Of a stretch of DNA of 64,000 nucleotides, positions 27,452 through 41,081 are shown piece after piece. The notes below the pieces were generated by a model. That model ran no database searches. It was not told the DNA's origin and worked only from the letters and a program-made list of their open reading frames with translations. The position numbers and the translations under genes are program-made. The DNA is from Acanthaster planci (taxonomy: Eukaryota): assembly GCF_001949145.1 (NCBI RefSeq), contig NW_019091355.1:4785518-4849517 (forward strand). Reading direction: 5' to 3'. Every line of letters begins with the position of its first letter. The stretch's first letter is position 1.

Positions 27452-29252
27452 GTACATGTTTGGGGCATTATACATGTAACTCTTCAAGCTGACAAATGCA
27501 GCCACCATCTGCTTTCTTCTGCAATAAAAGGAGCAATCTAAAAACAAATGAGTTAGGACCTATGGCTTCAATTTGTAGTTAAAGCACATGTTCTCTTATC
27601 GACTCAGGATGAGTACACCATGCACAGCACACATCCGAGATTCTCTGAAAGTCTGCACAAAAATAACAATCACGTTCTCCCTCGGCAGGTTTGTGGATGG
27701 AGAAAGGAAAGAGCAATTTCTCTTGGCTGCTATCAGTGTACATCAAGGGAACAGGAAATAGAGAAAATGATAGTTTAAAAGCCTCTCTCCCTGATGCGGT
27801 GTCGGAACAAATGAGACGCTAAATTGGATGATTCCATGTACAATACATGTAGTACATCTACATGGAGAAAGACACGCCTGCAACAAAACATTTCCTAATT
27901 TCATAAACCGAAGTTTTCTTTTCAAATGTCACCCACCAAAACAAAATCAATAACCCTCTTTCAAACAAAATAGCAAAATAAAACAATACACTTTTTACAA
28001 CTGATATCTCCAATAAAAACTCACGCGACAGAAATGTCTTTCATACATCTATGTGTCTCTTTGGAAACTCTCGCTGTGGCAAGAGTAAAAAGACGTATTA
28101 ACATCACTGAAGGTAAGCGAAGTGACATTTAGAAACTTCCAGAGTTCGACTCCTTTCCAATGCAGCAAGGAGCTCAGATACTTCACTACCCACAGCTGCA
28201 GGCGTCAGATCAAGAGGAAAGTCAACGAGCTATTTCAACTGCATCCAATGAGCAAGAGACCTCAGACCACGAGCAATGACGCATTCTGGCCACATTCTGG
28301 ACGATTACTGCTTTTCTTCTGTTTCCCAAACACAGTTCTCTTCCAGTGGGAATATTTTTTTTTTGACCGGATGCGAGCAAATTGTCTCTCCAGGGCAGAC
28401 ACTATGTCTGTTTAATGCCCTCATTGTCTTGTTGAAAATGTTTTCTCTAATGTGGGGATACTAGAACCTTCTGGAAGTTTCGGGGTTCTGAATACCATAA
28501 CGACAAATGAAAACCATGCAAATGTACCGGTGTTTTGGGGACACTGCAGGTACATGTATATCCACACAGGGCCGGCAGTTTTATGTATATTTATCCTAAT
28601 GGAAAAGGAATTTATTTGATACTATTTTTATGTAAAGTCAATTTGTTAAACAATGGCTGATCGAGTTAAAGACACTTTCATATTGATTGACATGTACATG
28701 CACAAGAAACCTTTTCTTAGAGTCTTCTGAAAGAGTCATCAATTACATGTATCTCTTTCTTACAAAAAGTTGTAATACACTTTTCCCTACTTTTTTCTTC
28801 CATCCAAAACCCTAAAAGAGCAAAACATCTGCATGCATGTATACATATACACATGTAACTGCCAAAAAACCTATTGCACTTTCAGAGCAACGTGTGGATG
28901 ATCCCTACCACAGCTCCACACTGAAGATAAACCTTCGTGAATTTCCATCACATTTTGCAATGCTCAGTCCCAAAGAGAGCATCAGTTCAACGAACTCCGT
29001 CAATGAATATATGAATGTGAGAAATGGAAATGAATGGGCTGTACTTTTTCAAAGAAGCATGGCTTGTGCATGTATTTCCAGAGATTCAGTCGGTATTTTT
29101 CTGTCTTTTTCTTAAAGTCCCCAAGCGGTTTCACTGTGATCATTTAAGGGTCTCAAATGATGAAATAACAAGATTTTTTGATAGGTTTAAATATTCCTTT
29201 CATCAAAAAGTTGTTTTTTCCCCTGAAACACAGTTCCTTATTCTTCAGTTAC

Positions 29253-29300
29253 CCAGTGGAGAAAACACACACATTCATCCAGCGCACAGCCGAACCTCAT
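29253..29300 (-). CDS. Candidate alternative first coding exon (MRFGCALDECVCFLHW)
   Basis: attATG AGG TTC ... CAC TGG|gtaact is in phase 0. A CpG-retaining UTR/promoter-like region lies upstream (29300-29560) with a gggcgg GC box near 29508. Confidence 0.35.
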
Positions 29301-31970
29301 AATACTGCAGCATCTCTAGCTTCGCCAAACACATCTTGGATCTTGGATCTTGTTTCTTTTCTTTTAGCACGTGCACAATCCAGGAAGACGGAGAGAATCA
29401 AGATCGGGTTTCCCCTTTGCAAACGATCGGAATCATTCGGCACTATGATCAAATGGAAAGAAAATGGGCTGGTCGTCGGGGCTGATCAGCTTATTCACTG
29501 AGGGCCAAGGGCGGTCGACCCATCCAGCTTGGCATGCAGACTGGGGTGCCTGTGCATAGCGTGACTACTTGGCAGCCATATGCATAATTTATCACTAATT
29601 ACTGCATAAAACGCCAAGCCCCTTGGGCCACAGCAGTATAGGACTAAGCCAGAAAAACAATTACAAATGCAGTAAATATGCCACTATGTGCACAAGCAAT
29701 GGTTTCAAAATAACTTACATCCTTTACACATGTACTGTGCTGTTTTCATAACCTCCATCATTGTCATCAAACAACATGCATTGTTTTTACCGGCAAAATC
29801 AGACAAAAGACCAATGAGTCAAATGTACTGCAAGTACAGTGAACGTATAATGCACCTTTTCCCCATGAACAAGAGCATTTTATGATACATAATTATTTGT
29901 AATATGTCCATGTAATATGTTCAGGTCATATTTCAAACTCTCAAAGTTGACAGTTAGTGTGCATACATACACAACTTTGAAACAATCAAAAAAATGTTAA
30001 GATTGAGTTATCAACACATCAATCTCAAGTTTATGCCCATCTTGAGACTCTACTGAAATGGTTCAACTCCACCACCCATCTCATTCACATGTATCCAAAC
30101 CAGAGGTACAAGTAGATGACATCATGAATTTCCATTTTAATCAAAGGCCCAAAAATACTAGTTTCAACACCATTGCCCTAAATATTGACATGGTTTAATA
30201 TCAAGACAGCTAGCTTTTCCCTCTATGGTTAAAAACCACACTATACTAGTCAAATATCATCGCACAAAAAGTCTATTACACATAAGAAAATCCACAGGTT
30301 GGCTTGCTGAAAGCCTTGAAGCCTCACACATGTAACAGGGACACTTGTACACGTACTAGTGGGTCTACACAGTACGTCAATTCTTGGATGATCTTGTACA
30401 GACATTTCTTATCCGCGACATCCACTGGCAATAATCAGTTCAACTGTCCAAGTCTACGGAGCAACTGCAGGTTTGGACTGATGTCTAAAGGCCGTACAGG
30501 ATGTCCAGCAGAGCTGTCCGTCGCTGGCACTGACAAGCACAGCGGCATGGCATTTCCTGTCTTGCCCAGCAAGCAAAGTGAACCCCTCAGCAGAACAGTG
30601 GAAGTCACTGGACAAACACAATTGGAACAAATTTTGTCCAAGGGTGTTCTGTTGTGGTGAGATAACCATTTTGAGCAATCAAAATGCACAAAACATGACA
30701 GCATGCACAGTATGCAATGTTTATCCGATAATGCACAAATAAAGTCTGACAAAATTATAATCACAAGGGCACATGAATTAAAGGTGGAGTACCGTACTGT
30801 TTTCTTCACCTGACACGAACCACCCTTGTTACTATTCAAAGAACAACTTATAAACCCCCCAAAAAATATTCTCCAAAAAACTTGCAGCAAAGAATTTTCC
30901 AAAGTGTAGTTTGTTTTTTGGGGGGTGGGGCTCCTGCTGAATATTTCCTTTGATTTATGTTCAATAAACTATTGATTCATGTTACATAAATTATTCAGCA
31001 CTGGGGGTATTTCTAAAACAGCTGGAACTTCAGCTCCAACCAACATAAACAGTTATTAGCATCAATTCCTCACTTCCGCCTCGGGCTTTGCATCGGAGAC
31101 AAGTCCGGATCCATCTTTCCGAGATAAATCAGATTGGGCAAAAGAAACAGTGCGAAATCCCCCTCAGGTAGCGGCACCGTGAAGACAGTTTGCAAACCAT
31201 GTACACCTGACCCCCAACCTTTCCCATCAGGCAGTTGGCACGAGGAAACCATTACCATCTCCGGGGACGGGGGAGCAGGTTACTCATTGGTCAACTGAGC
31301 TTCAAGGGTATTTAATCATCTTGGGGTACCTTGCATGTGGATACACTCAGTCGACTTGTCAATATCATTTATCACTGACAATCCTTGTCGGTCTCGTTGA
31401 TAATCAACCAACCAACACTGTGTACATATTTCCTACATTTTTCCATCAGGAATTTTATGATTCTGTGTATGAGTGCGTCTTTCTCTATGCCATTTGCTGT
31501 AACACTAATAATTTACATACGCCCTAAACTGGGCCCCAGACAGACGCCAGCTTTTGGGCACTTTGCCTCTGATGAAAACAACACCCTGGATCTGGTGACA
31601 GACTAAAGAGTCTGGACATCCAGAGAGGGCTGCATGGCAAATTGAAACAAGCCTTACTTGGATCATATGACCCACGATTACTTTGGTTATCATTTTACTG
31701 GTTGTATTACAAATTTGCAGTAGAAATGATATTATGATAAAAACAGGGAGCAGAAGCTATCAAAATCATAATCATTTGTACTCAACGAAAAGCAAGCCAC
31801 ATCGCTTACCCTGGAGGAGTGACATTCACAGCAGGGAAACCACCTGCATGTGTAATTACATGCACTGGTATGTAATTAACCACCAGTAAAAAGGCACTTG
31901 TAAAGGCAAGTTTGAGTGACAACCACTTGTCAACCACCGGTAGATTTCCCCTGGTAACCTGTGCACAAAG

Positions 31971-32209
31971 TACACCACTCAAAAAGTTAAAGATCACTTT
32001 TTTCTTAACTGATAATTTTTTTTTCCAAGCAAAGAGTGGGATCTAGTTCTTTAATTTTTTTGTTTGTCTAGATGGTGTTCTCATTGGAATAAAGAATTTT
32101 TTAAATGTTTAAAAAACACCAAATGCACATTTTCTGCAGCAAAATATCTTTCGTAAAAAAAACTATACACAAAATAAAAAGTGGTCCTTAACTTTTCTTG
32201 AGTAGTGTA
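31971..32209. mobile_element. Tc1/mariner-type non-autonomous element with TA target duplication
   Basis: Left TA-caccactcaaaaagttaaagatcactttt pairs with right aaaagtggtccttaacttttcttgagtagtg-TA. CAC...GTG termini flanked by TA are the Tc1 pattern. Confidence 0.8.
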
Positions 32210-32423
32210 TATCCTGGATACCAAGCAAAATTAACCAGTGGTTGGTAAATTGTCGTCGCTTGAACTTGTCCTATCACCTACATGCATTCCATTGCGTGTA
32301 AAAAAAGACACAATGTAAACACTTTGAAAGAAAATTCGGTGTACACTAATAACCTATGTTACATGTATTTACATGTACCTGATTTATGATACCAGTAAAT
32401 GTGTAGGGTTGCTGCATGCGCGT

Positions 32424-32487
32424 GTACATGTACATGTACATGTACTTACATGTATGTACCTACATTGTACATGTACATGTACCGGTA
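32424..32487. repeat. (TACATG)n degenerate palindromic hexamer array, representative of many in the window
   Basis: gtacatgtacatgtacatgtacttacatgtatgtacctacattgtacatgtacatgtaccggta. Similar arrays at about 16490-16612, 22571-22680, 23848-24245, 26443-26495, 36904-36946, 42868-42949 and 62330-62460. Confidence 0.9.
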
Positions 32488-35149
32488 TGTTACATGTGCC
32501 TGTCCACATGCACTAATCAATGTTGAACGGTGTCGTGTGTGACATGCTTTATGTACATGTATTAAACAAGCGCCACTTGCAGCACATGTGCATGACTCAT
32601 TTTCATGTGAATGTGCACAAAGATTTTATGTGGACATCAATCCTGTACCGGAGCAGCACTGGTGTGCAACTGTTAGCACACAGCCTCAATACATGAAAAT
32701 GTACATAGTACAACATAGTATAGTGCGTCTTACCAGCATACATTTGAATACAATGTTGTACAATGCAAAACAATATAATACAGCATGACACATTATTACA
32801 TTTTAAAATGAGCAATCCTATTACATGTACATGTAACTTTTGGGTCATTATTGGATGCAACTTTTTCATGTCCCAGTCACCGAGGCATATGGTTTTGTAA
32901 GTATGGTAAGTTTACAGCATGCATGTTCTTTACTTTCCAAGAGTGACTTACTAACATGTTATAATACATATTACCGGTCAAACAAATAAAAAACAGTTCA
33001 AAGTCAATTCCAATGATACATGTACATATCATGTCAAATTGCACAGGTTACGTGTAACGGGGTAGAAATGTGTCACATGTTTGGACTCCAAATTAATAGA
33101 ATGACCCATTTATATTTTCCCTATTTTCTGTAGTACAGCAATTACATGTATATTCCCATTACAATTTCATATGCTGACAATGAAGCATTTGAAGAGAAGC
33201 TCTTTGAGGGTACATGTATATGATGGCACAATGAAGTAAGAGTTCTTCCAAGAAGTCCTTCAAATGAAGTAATCAAATTATGATTTCACTTCAGGAATGA
33301 ATGGTTTTTCCTCCACCTGTTTTAACTACTATTTGTATTTCAAGCCTTTACAAAATCAAAAATTTGCCTGAGAATTGTAATGAGTTTAACATTGCTCAAA
33401 AAAAAAAGTGGAGTCTGCTTTCCAATCCAAGGAAGTGACAAAATGGCTGTGATCTCAAAATTCCAATCAACAAAACCTGGTACTGCAATAGAGGTGTATG
33501 CACTTTCAATACCCGTCACACATGACCAATTCCATTTCCGCATGCGACATTTCAATCAATTTGATAAAAAAACACAACAAAACAAAATCAGCACCTGGGA
33601 CATCTCTAAACAGTGTTTTTCATGTTGTGCTAAATCAACATATTCAGTACGTGCTTGGAGGACTTCCTTTCCTTGCAAAGGATTTAACTTGTCCAAACAA
33701 GCCTTCCCAAAAAAAATCTTAATGTTGACTAGTGATCCCAAGAACAGCTGGAGTAAAGATTTGAAAGCTCACGTATCAACCTTGAAGTCCACAATCAGTG
33801 CACACCACCACCAACATAGACCTATTTTTGCTTCACAAAAACTGTACAATTCACAAAAACAAGATCCCCCAATAAGCTCCAAAATCTGTTTGATTTTCAA
33901 TGATGACTGTGATTCCTCTGAAAGAGATGAACACCAGTTTTCTTTGAGCACTCTGAAATTCAAAGGCATGCACGGATGACAGGATTAACCTCATTAAGTG
34001 CACATGAACATAAATCCCGTCTTTCTTCAGGCGGCCAGCAAGTCAAAAGAAAATAACATTTATGACAATGAAATTACCTTCTCCACCATGTCAAGATGCA
34101 CCATTCAAGTTGACAATAGCGCACACAGCAATATCACAGGAAGTTTCACAAACAAGTACAAGCGCACGTTGTATTCAGAGGAGAAAAAAAAAAAAAGATC
34201 CGGTTTTTATGTCCTGTCCCTCATTCCGTCACACCCAAGACTCATGGAGATAAGACAGCATCATCGACAGGACCAGGGATGCAGTCACATACGCACGTAC
34301 ACGACACTAACGGGCCAACCGACTGAGCCACTCAGTGGAAGGAGAGCCAGGGAGACGAGAGTTAAGGTGTGACACGCATCGGTAATGAGAACCCCGAGAG
34401 CCCGACTAATGGGATGCAGGCGGACGGAATAGAGAAGATGAGAGATGGTCTCATACACACATAGCCACAGACACAGGCTCGGGGAGAGCTAGGCCCTTGC
34501 TACATACCCGGGGCATTCTTCTGCATAGATGTACGTAGTTGGATGGCCCAGTGCTGCTAGGAGGCCAGTTTGATAACCCAGCCTGCCCTGCATTATTACG
34601 GCTCTCAACGGCCAGCAGTGTACAACCTCCTACAGTGTCTGTGATGAGGCCTAGCCTGGGTTTCCCCTGCATAGCTACAGCCTGTATGCAGAACATTCAG
34701 TCGGGCTTGCCATGTATAATTGGATTTGGGCCCCCTCAATATTAAAAACTGTTTACTCAAACAAAGCATGCCCATTCAAAGATCTCATTTAATTTGTCTG
34801 TCACATTAGGTTTCCCAGATTTCTCCTTTTTAAATTTTTGATAAATTTGCAAAGCACTTACATGGTACATGTACATACTTTGTAAACAAATTCACCTTAC
34901 ATGTAAGCACAGTTACCCTACTGACACTTCACCCATTTCATCAGTTTCAACAGGGATGCCGGTTCCATACAGCCAAATGAAAAGAAAAAAAAAGTTTAAA
35001 TTTTAACACTTTTCTAAAGCATAACACTGCCCATGAATACACATGCAAATCACATTATCACTTTAAACACATTACAGGGAAGCTGTTACGAGCAACTAGT
35101 CAATTACCTGTGTATAGATACGGCTTTGACCCCTAACCTCCGTCAGCAG

Positions 35150-35189
35150 TGACAATACTTAAGATACCTGCTGACAATACTTAAGATAC
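35150..35189 (+). repeat. Short tandem duplication (22-bp period)
   Basis: tgacaatacttaagatac occurs at 35150 and 35172. Confidence 0.8.
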
Positions 35190-38100
35190 ATGTACGTTAA
35201 TATGTGTCCAAAGTAGATGCTTCAGGGCAATGGGTTGGAAACGGAATATAGATCAAGTATACATGTAGGCCTTTCCCTTCAAAATGATGGTTACATTTTT
35301 TTTTAAAAAGGACTATTTTGGGGTGAAATTATGCCGCTCAGTTTGGTGTATGTAATGACACAGAGGCGAAATTTTTTTGGTTTTAGTTGCTTTGTGTGCA
35401 TGGTCATGAATGTGGATCTATTTCAAGCTCTGCTAAGAAGCGACCGGTTTTGACAGAACATGACACGTGCCCAAAGTCCACTGGTATGCACAGGCACATC
35501 TGGCAGAATTGCTGAACATTTCATTGCCATTTTCACAGACAAAACCTTTCCGTGCAGCATATAATTAAGCTTTCTACAAAACAATGATTGAAGTTGGTCA
35601 CTTTTTTAAAACAGAGAATTCATGGGAGTTTCACTTCAAGGGTTTACTGAAGGAGTACACTGCTCGAATATATCTTTTGAACTGCCATAAAATGAAAGAA
35701 ATTGTAATGTCTGACCCCTTAATTAATTTTAAAGTCATGTCTTTCAGAAAACTTAAAACTAGGGAAATGGGCTTTGCCATTTATTACTCAATGTAATCTC
35801 TCTTGAGCATGCACTTGGCACTATGTCCCTTTGTAAAACTGAAAAGGCAGTTTAGTTGAAATTTGCCCTGTCATCATGATTTGGCTGATTTCGATAGATT
35901 TGGTCGAAAATGGTTTCATCAAGTTGTCGGCATCACATAGCATAGTTGATTTGGCCGAAAAACGGACATTTGAAAAAGTAATATTGAACCAGTTTATCTC
36001 TTCGTGAAAATGGTGATGACTACCGGTATTAAAGTTACCTGATGATTTAAAAACATTTCCTGACTACTCATAGTTTGTAATACAATTATGTGGCTATCAA
36101 ATTGAAAAATTGCAGATTTTCTGGTACAAAATCAGGCCCCCTGAAGCTAATGTACATGTACATCAGATTGACCCCAAATGAAATCTTTAAAGTCGCCGGT
36201 GACTTTCAAAATTTTTGTTTTCCCATAAAATGCGAACCTTACAAAACTTATCTTGGACCTTACAGGCAGACTCTACAATTTTCCCAAAGTGCATTGACAA
36301 CATCTTTCACAATTAGTTTAATTAGTTTCCATTTTTCACTTTCTGCACTGCAATGAGGACAAATGGAACCCTGAAAAAAAAAATAATCAAACACAGAAAT
36401 ATTGACAAGATCATAACAAACGAGCCCTGTCCATTAATCAATGTCAGATTGGGCAGTGGAAGTACATGTATCATGCATGGTGGGGACTGTTTCCAAAAGG
36501 GCTCCCGGTGCATCGTCGTGTCCGGACAGTACGCAACTGGGTCAAGATATTCAAATGGTCCTGTGTTTTTCAAGTTCTGAATGTCAAACATTGTAGCTAG
36601 ACTGACACAAATATTGAGAGGGAAGGTTTAAGGCTCATTTGAAGAGTTCATCAAGATACCAGCGGCATTTTTCGGCATCATTGTCATGGAACTGGAAGGA
36701 ATTATGGACATCCATACAAAGCTTTGCAGGTGACATTACCTTTTAACTTTGCTACCGCTTTTTCATTTTGAATTTTTTTTGGGGGGGAGGAGGGAGCAGG
36801 GGGCTAGACAAGCGTTTGGGGGCTAAATCTGATTGATCTTACCTTTAAAAATAAGTACTTTTCGGCTGCAATCAAAACCATCCCCTTTTTTTAAATGCAG
36901 AAATACATGTACATGTACTGGAACATGTACATGTATATACATGTACAAAGCCTTAAAACTGAGCTCACATTAAACTGTCTTTAAGATGAGAGGAGGAAGA
37001 ATCCTTAAACATGAACAGCTGCCTGATTTAAATCCGAAATGCTAGCATAAGCAGCAGCAGGCTGGAGGCGGGGGAAATTCTCCACTGGCATGCCGTTAAT
37101 TAAGGAAAGCTATTGGAAATTCTGGGTAAGTACTCTCATCCACATCATCCCGTCTCATTTAAAGGAGACAAGAGACGAGGAAAAGCAACCGGTGACTCTC
37201 CTGAAATGTCATGTTCGCGTTACAGTGTCCATATAATTGGTCTTTAAGGATTCAAGTACAAAAGAAATGCAAACAGCACATGTAGGTCTCGTCAAACTCC
37301 CAAATGTGGGCAGAAGTGCATCACTGGACATGTCAAATTGAAGCAATCATTACAAACGTCAAATCACATGCCTGTACCGGGTAGCATTCCCATTAGTTTT
37401 GGGAAACTGACATCCTAATGTTACAAAAGAATCAAAGTGGTAACAACAGTGCAAATAGAAAAAGATGCTTAATTTAAGGAAAATATCGCTCTTTGGATTA
37501 GAGAATTAAACTTAATCACATTACACAAACAGAGTGAAACAAGAAAGGAAACTCTACTATTAAAACTATGCCCCCAGCATATACACCAATATCACTGAAT
37601 CTTGCTGGGTTTGGTTAATATACCAGTACATGTACATGTACATTGTGTCAGTAAGTCTATTGAGGAATAAGGCCCTTGTCTTGAAAATTCATTTGGTTGA
37701 AAAAGGAATGTATGCACATGATGTGAAACAACCGTACACGCGTGTCTGACATTTTGTACATGTGTAATGATTAACGGACAAAAGTTTACTAAGCTAACGG
37801 AATGAAAACAAACTCACAGAAATAAAACCACGTGTTTCAGCATCTCTTATTCCTTCATACTTCTACCAACACACTTGACCATCATTATTTGGCTGATTGT
37901 TTTACTAGTCACTCCTGAGATGTGAAGTGCATCTGACCCAGGACTGAACAGGGTCAAAAACTGACAGTTTAATGAATTTTTTGGTTTTTTTTGTAACTGA
38001 AATGTAACCTGACAATTGAAGTCTACACAAACAACCATCTATTTCTGGCACGTGTACATGTACAGTGTACTTAATCCACAGGGTAGGAATTACACGGGCA

Positions 38101-41069
38101 AACAAACATTCGAAGCATTTTGCTGTGTTTTATTTTTGGTGCTCGGTGCATGAGGCTTCGCCTTCGCCTCTCTTAATCTCCCTTCCCCCACTGACAGACA
38201 TGGCGATGCTGTCAAACAAACCAGCATGACATTTCATCTGACATTTCGACGGAAATTCAAACAGCAAAAGTGGCCTTCTCTGCTGCTCCCAATGGGAACC
38301 GCTCGGCGATCAATGGCTGCCATGATTATTTCAAGCAAGTCTGCGCGACAACATAGCAATGTATTATGTAAATTTTAAAGGGATGGAACACGGGTAGCTG
38401 AATCGGTCTATGCATTTGGGGTCCAACATGTGACGTATGTCTGTCCCTGTAACACCTGCCCTATGTAATCTGACAAAGGGCCTATGATTGAAATTGACTT
38501 CAAACTGTATTTATTTTATGGCAGTCTGCAATGCTTTTTTTAACAACCTCCAAAATGCATCTTTGTGTCTCAGTTAACCTTATTTTCAAGTTGTTCCACT
38601 GTTTCAAAGGTATTTTAACTCCTCTTTGGTTTTAATATGCTAGGGAGTATTTCCATATTCATGAGCAACACTGTGATGTCATCTAAGGAAGGTTTGTACA
38701 CAACATAGTCCTGCACTTTTGTAAATTTTTCTGACTTTTGTCAGTTTTCCTCTGTGACTCAGTGTTCATTGCTGATTCATTGTTATCATGTACATGTGCA
38801 CAGCAATAAGAAAACATCAATCCCCCTCTCAGAAATATTTTCTGAATTCTAAATTCCGGGTACATAATTTGAACAGAAACACCTACATGTACCTGTATGC
38901 ACTGAACCACGTCTTCGCTAGATGACTTCACGGCTCAAGCACCCTCAGTTGTCCAGGGAAGCATGAATAAGTTTCCTTGTGTAAAAGCATGCACTTTTCA
39001 GTGCATTTAACCCAATAGGAAAGTACATGTATGTAAAAGTGTTTTCATACAGTACATTGAAGAATACAAAGTTGAAGAAAAATTGTGGCTAAGAAAAATT
39101 CATTGCAGCTCCACTTTAATCACTCTTTGAAAAATTATACGGACAGTAAAATAAGCCAGCTCTGAATCCTCATTTCAGACAGGTGCAAGGCACAGAGGAG
39201 ATATTTCTGACCAATCTGTCTAGATTCTACCAAATACTTTCACTTCCTCATTTGAATACATGTGCCCTCTCTTTAAGTTCATTTCAAAGATCCACCTTCA
39301 AAATTAGTTGAACGGAGAACCAATCGGAAATGGGTACACCAAACATTGCTGAAATCCATATTTTGTGAAGTATGGAACTAGAAACAACAGGATGCTGGTT
39401 TTCAAAATACCCCCCCCCCAAAAAAGCACAGAATGGAAATAAGTATATCCAAGGAAGCTCTTTTTTCTGTAAACTAAGGAGACAAAACTCAGCTAAATGA
39501 CTGACCCACATACATAAATTGTACATGTACACGTATGTATGTATGTACAGTGTACTGTGCTTGCAGCAACAGAAATGGAGGATGACTCATGGAAAAATGA
39601 AATGAATCCTCGACAAAAATCTTTCAAATCCTCCTCGGCGATTTGCCCAGAGAAAGGGGGAGCATCTTTGAGACACAGGTGGGTAGAGACATGAACCAAC
39701 AAACACAGTGGAGGAGGGGTGAGTCACAGCTTGCATTGTTATCTTTCACTGCCCCAAACACATTGCACTTAATCCCAGGGGGAATTTAATGATGGCGACT
39801 TGTCCACCTGAAGCTGTTGACAAGAGGGCAAGTTTATCAAAGACGGATTCCATAATTGAATGACCAACAGAGTACGGAGATGAAGGAAAAATTATTTGCT
39901 GCTACACTTACCAATCCTACTTACTGTGTAAAATGAACCACGGGAAACCGCCCTCCAAGAGAAGGGTAACAAATACATGCATGCAACACTATCTACATAT
40001 TAAAAAACAATCTGAGAAAACATCTTCAGCAAACAAATTTAACCCTCAGGGGCAATGCCTTTTTGGGGGTTTCCAGGGATGATCATCTCAAATTGCTTTC
40101 ACTGTTCTGCCTAACTAACTAACTTACTACATGTACTTCAACTGCTACACTGCACACATAATACAGAGTATAAAACAATTAGAAACATTTCATAATAACA
40201 ACAGCACTAATGATTTTTAATTTTTTCTGTAATTTTCTCGTCTCTCTTCCCATCCTCCTTTTTGTCGACATTTTGTCAGAAAAGAGAGAGGAGAATATCA
40301 AATTTAATTAAGAAAGAATTATTCAAAGGATTATAAACACCTAGTCAATGAACGGACACAGGCAATACAACGGCTAAAAATCGTAATGCGATACAAATGG
40401 AAAGATAATGCAAAGGGTCAATGAAACTCAGTTTGAGCAAGTTTCTGCTTCCTTTTAATTTAATAAAGTTATCTGACATGTCTTGTTGGTTACTCTCATT
40501 TGAAATGTGCCTTTTTTGAACGGTTTGAATTCTCCATGTTTTTTCCCACAAAAGTGATGTTGTGATTTCAACACAGAAAGAACCTGGTATTTAATTGGAC
40601 TGAGGAGCTGTTCGAATTTTGAACCCAAAATTTGTTCAATGGAAATACCTGTGAAAAAACCTTTGCCTACCGCCATGAACTGAAATAAAGTACATGAAAC
40701 CAAAATGGACGAAAGCTACGCATAAAAATCGTAGCAAATTTTAGTGTAGAAAAAGCTGTAACACTGAGGCATCTGCCTCGGAGGATGTTATCCTTTTGCT
40801 TACAAAGATTCAAATCCATCAGCATAAAAAATAAAAATGCACAAAAATACCCTGAAATGATGCCAAAAAAAATTGAAAAGTGGATAACAAACCGCACACA
40901 AGAACATTTACAACAACTGCATTAAAAACATTTAGACTGCACGGACCCTTTAACAAGATGTATGCATTTGTAGTGAATCCTCAATCTGATTTTCCGAAAT
41001 CTTCCAATCGTCCTGGAAACGCTTCTTTGTAAGAGGGAAAAGCTGAGGTTCACTTACTTGGAGACTCAC

Positions 41070-41081
41070 CTTCTTTCCCAT
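41070..41081 (-). CDS. Candidate first coding exon (MGKK; MGKKVSLQ if the second donor at 41058 is used)
   Basis: ctcATG GGA AAG AAG|gtgagt ctc caa|gtaagt: two consensus donors 12 nt apart, both phase 0. A UTR/promoter-like region with CpGs lies upstream (about 41090-41470). Confidence 0.5.

Noticed and set aside
33380..33979. 199-aa plus-strand ORF, the longest N-free ORF
   Set aside because: Background AT-rich composition with A-runs, no recognisable domain and no convincing splice context.
35270..36260. Probable decayed DNA-transposon interior, similarly about 17700-18330 and 40200-40953 (ends ...ggaccctttaa)
   Set aside because: Texture is suggestive, but matching paired termini could not be identified, so boundaries are unsupported.
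39925..39978. MYLLPFSWRAVSRGSFYT ending at ACA|gtaagt, phase 0
   Set aside because: The ATG lies in a CATG repeat motif and there is no promoter-like upstream patch. Unsupported without transcript data.
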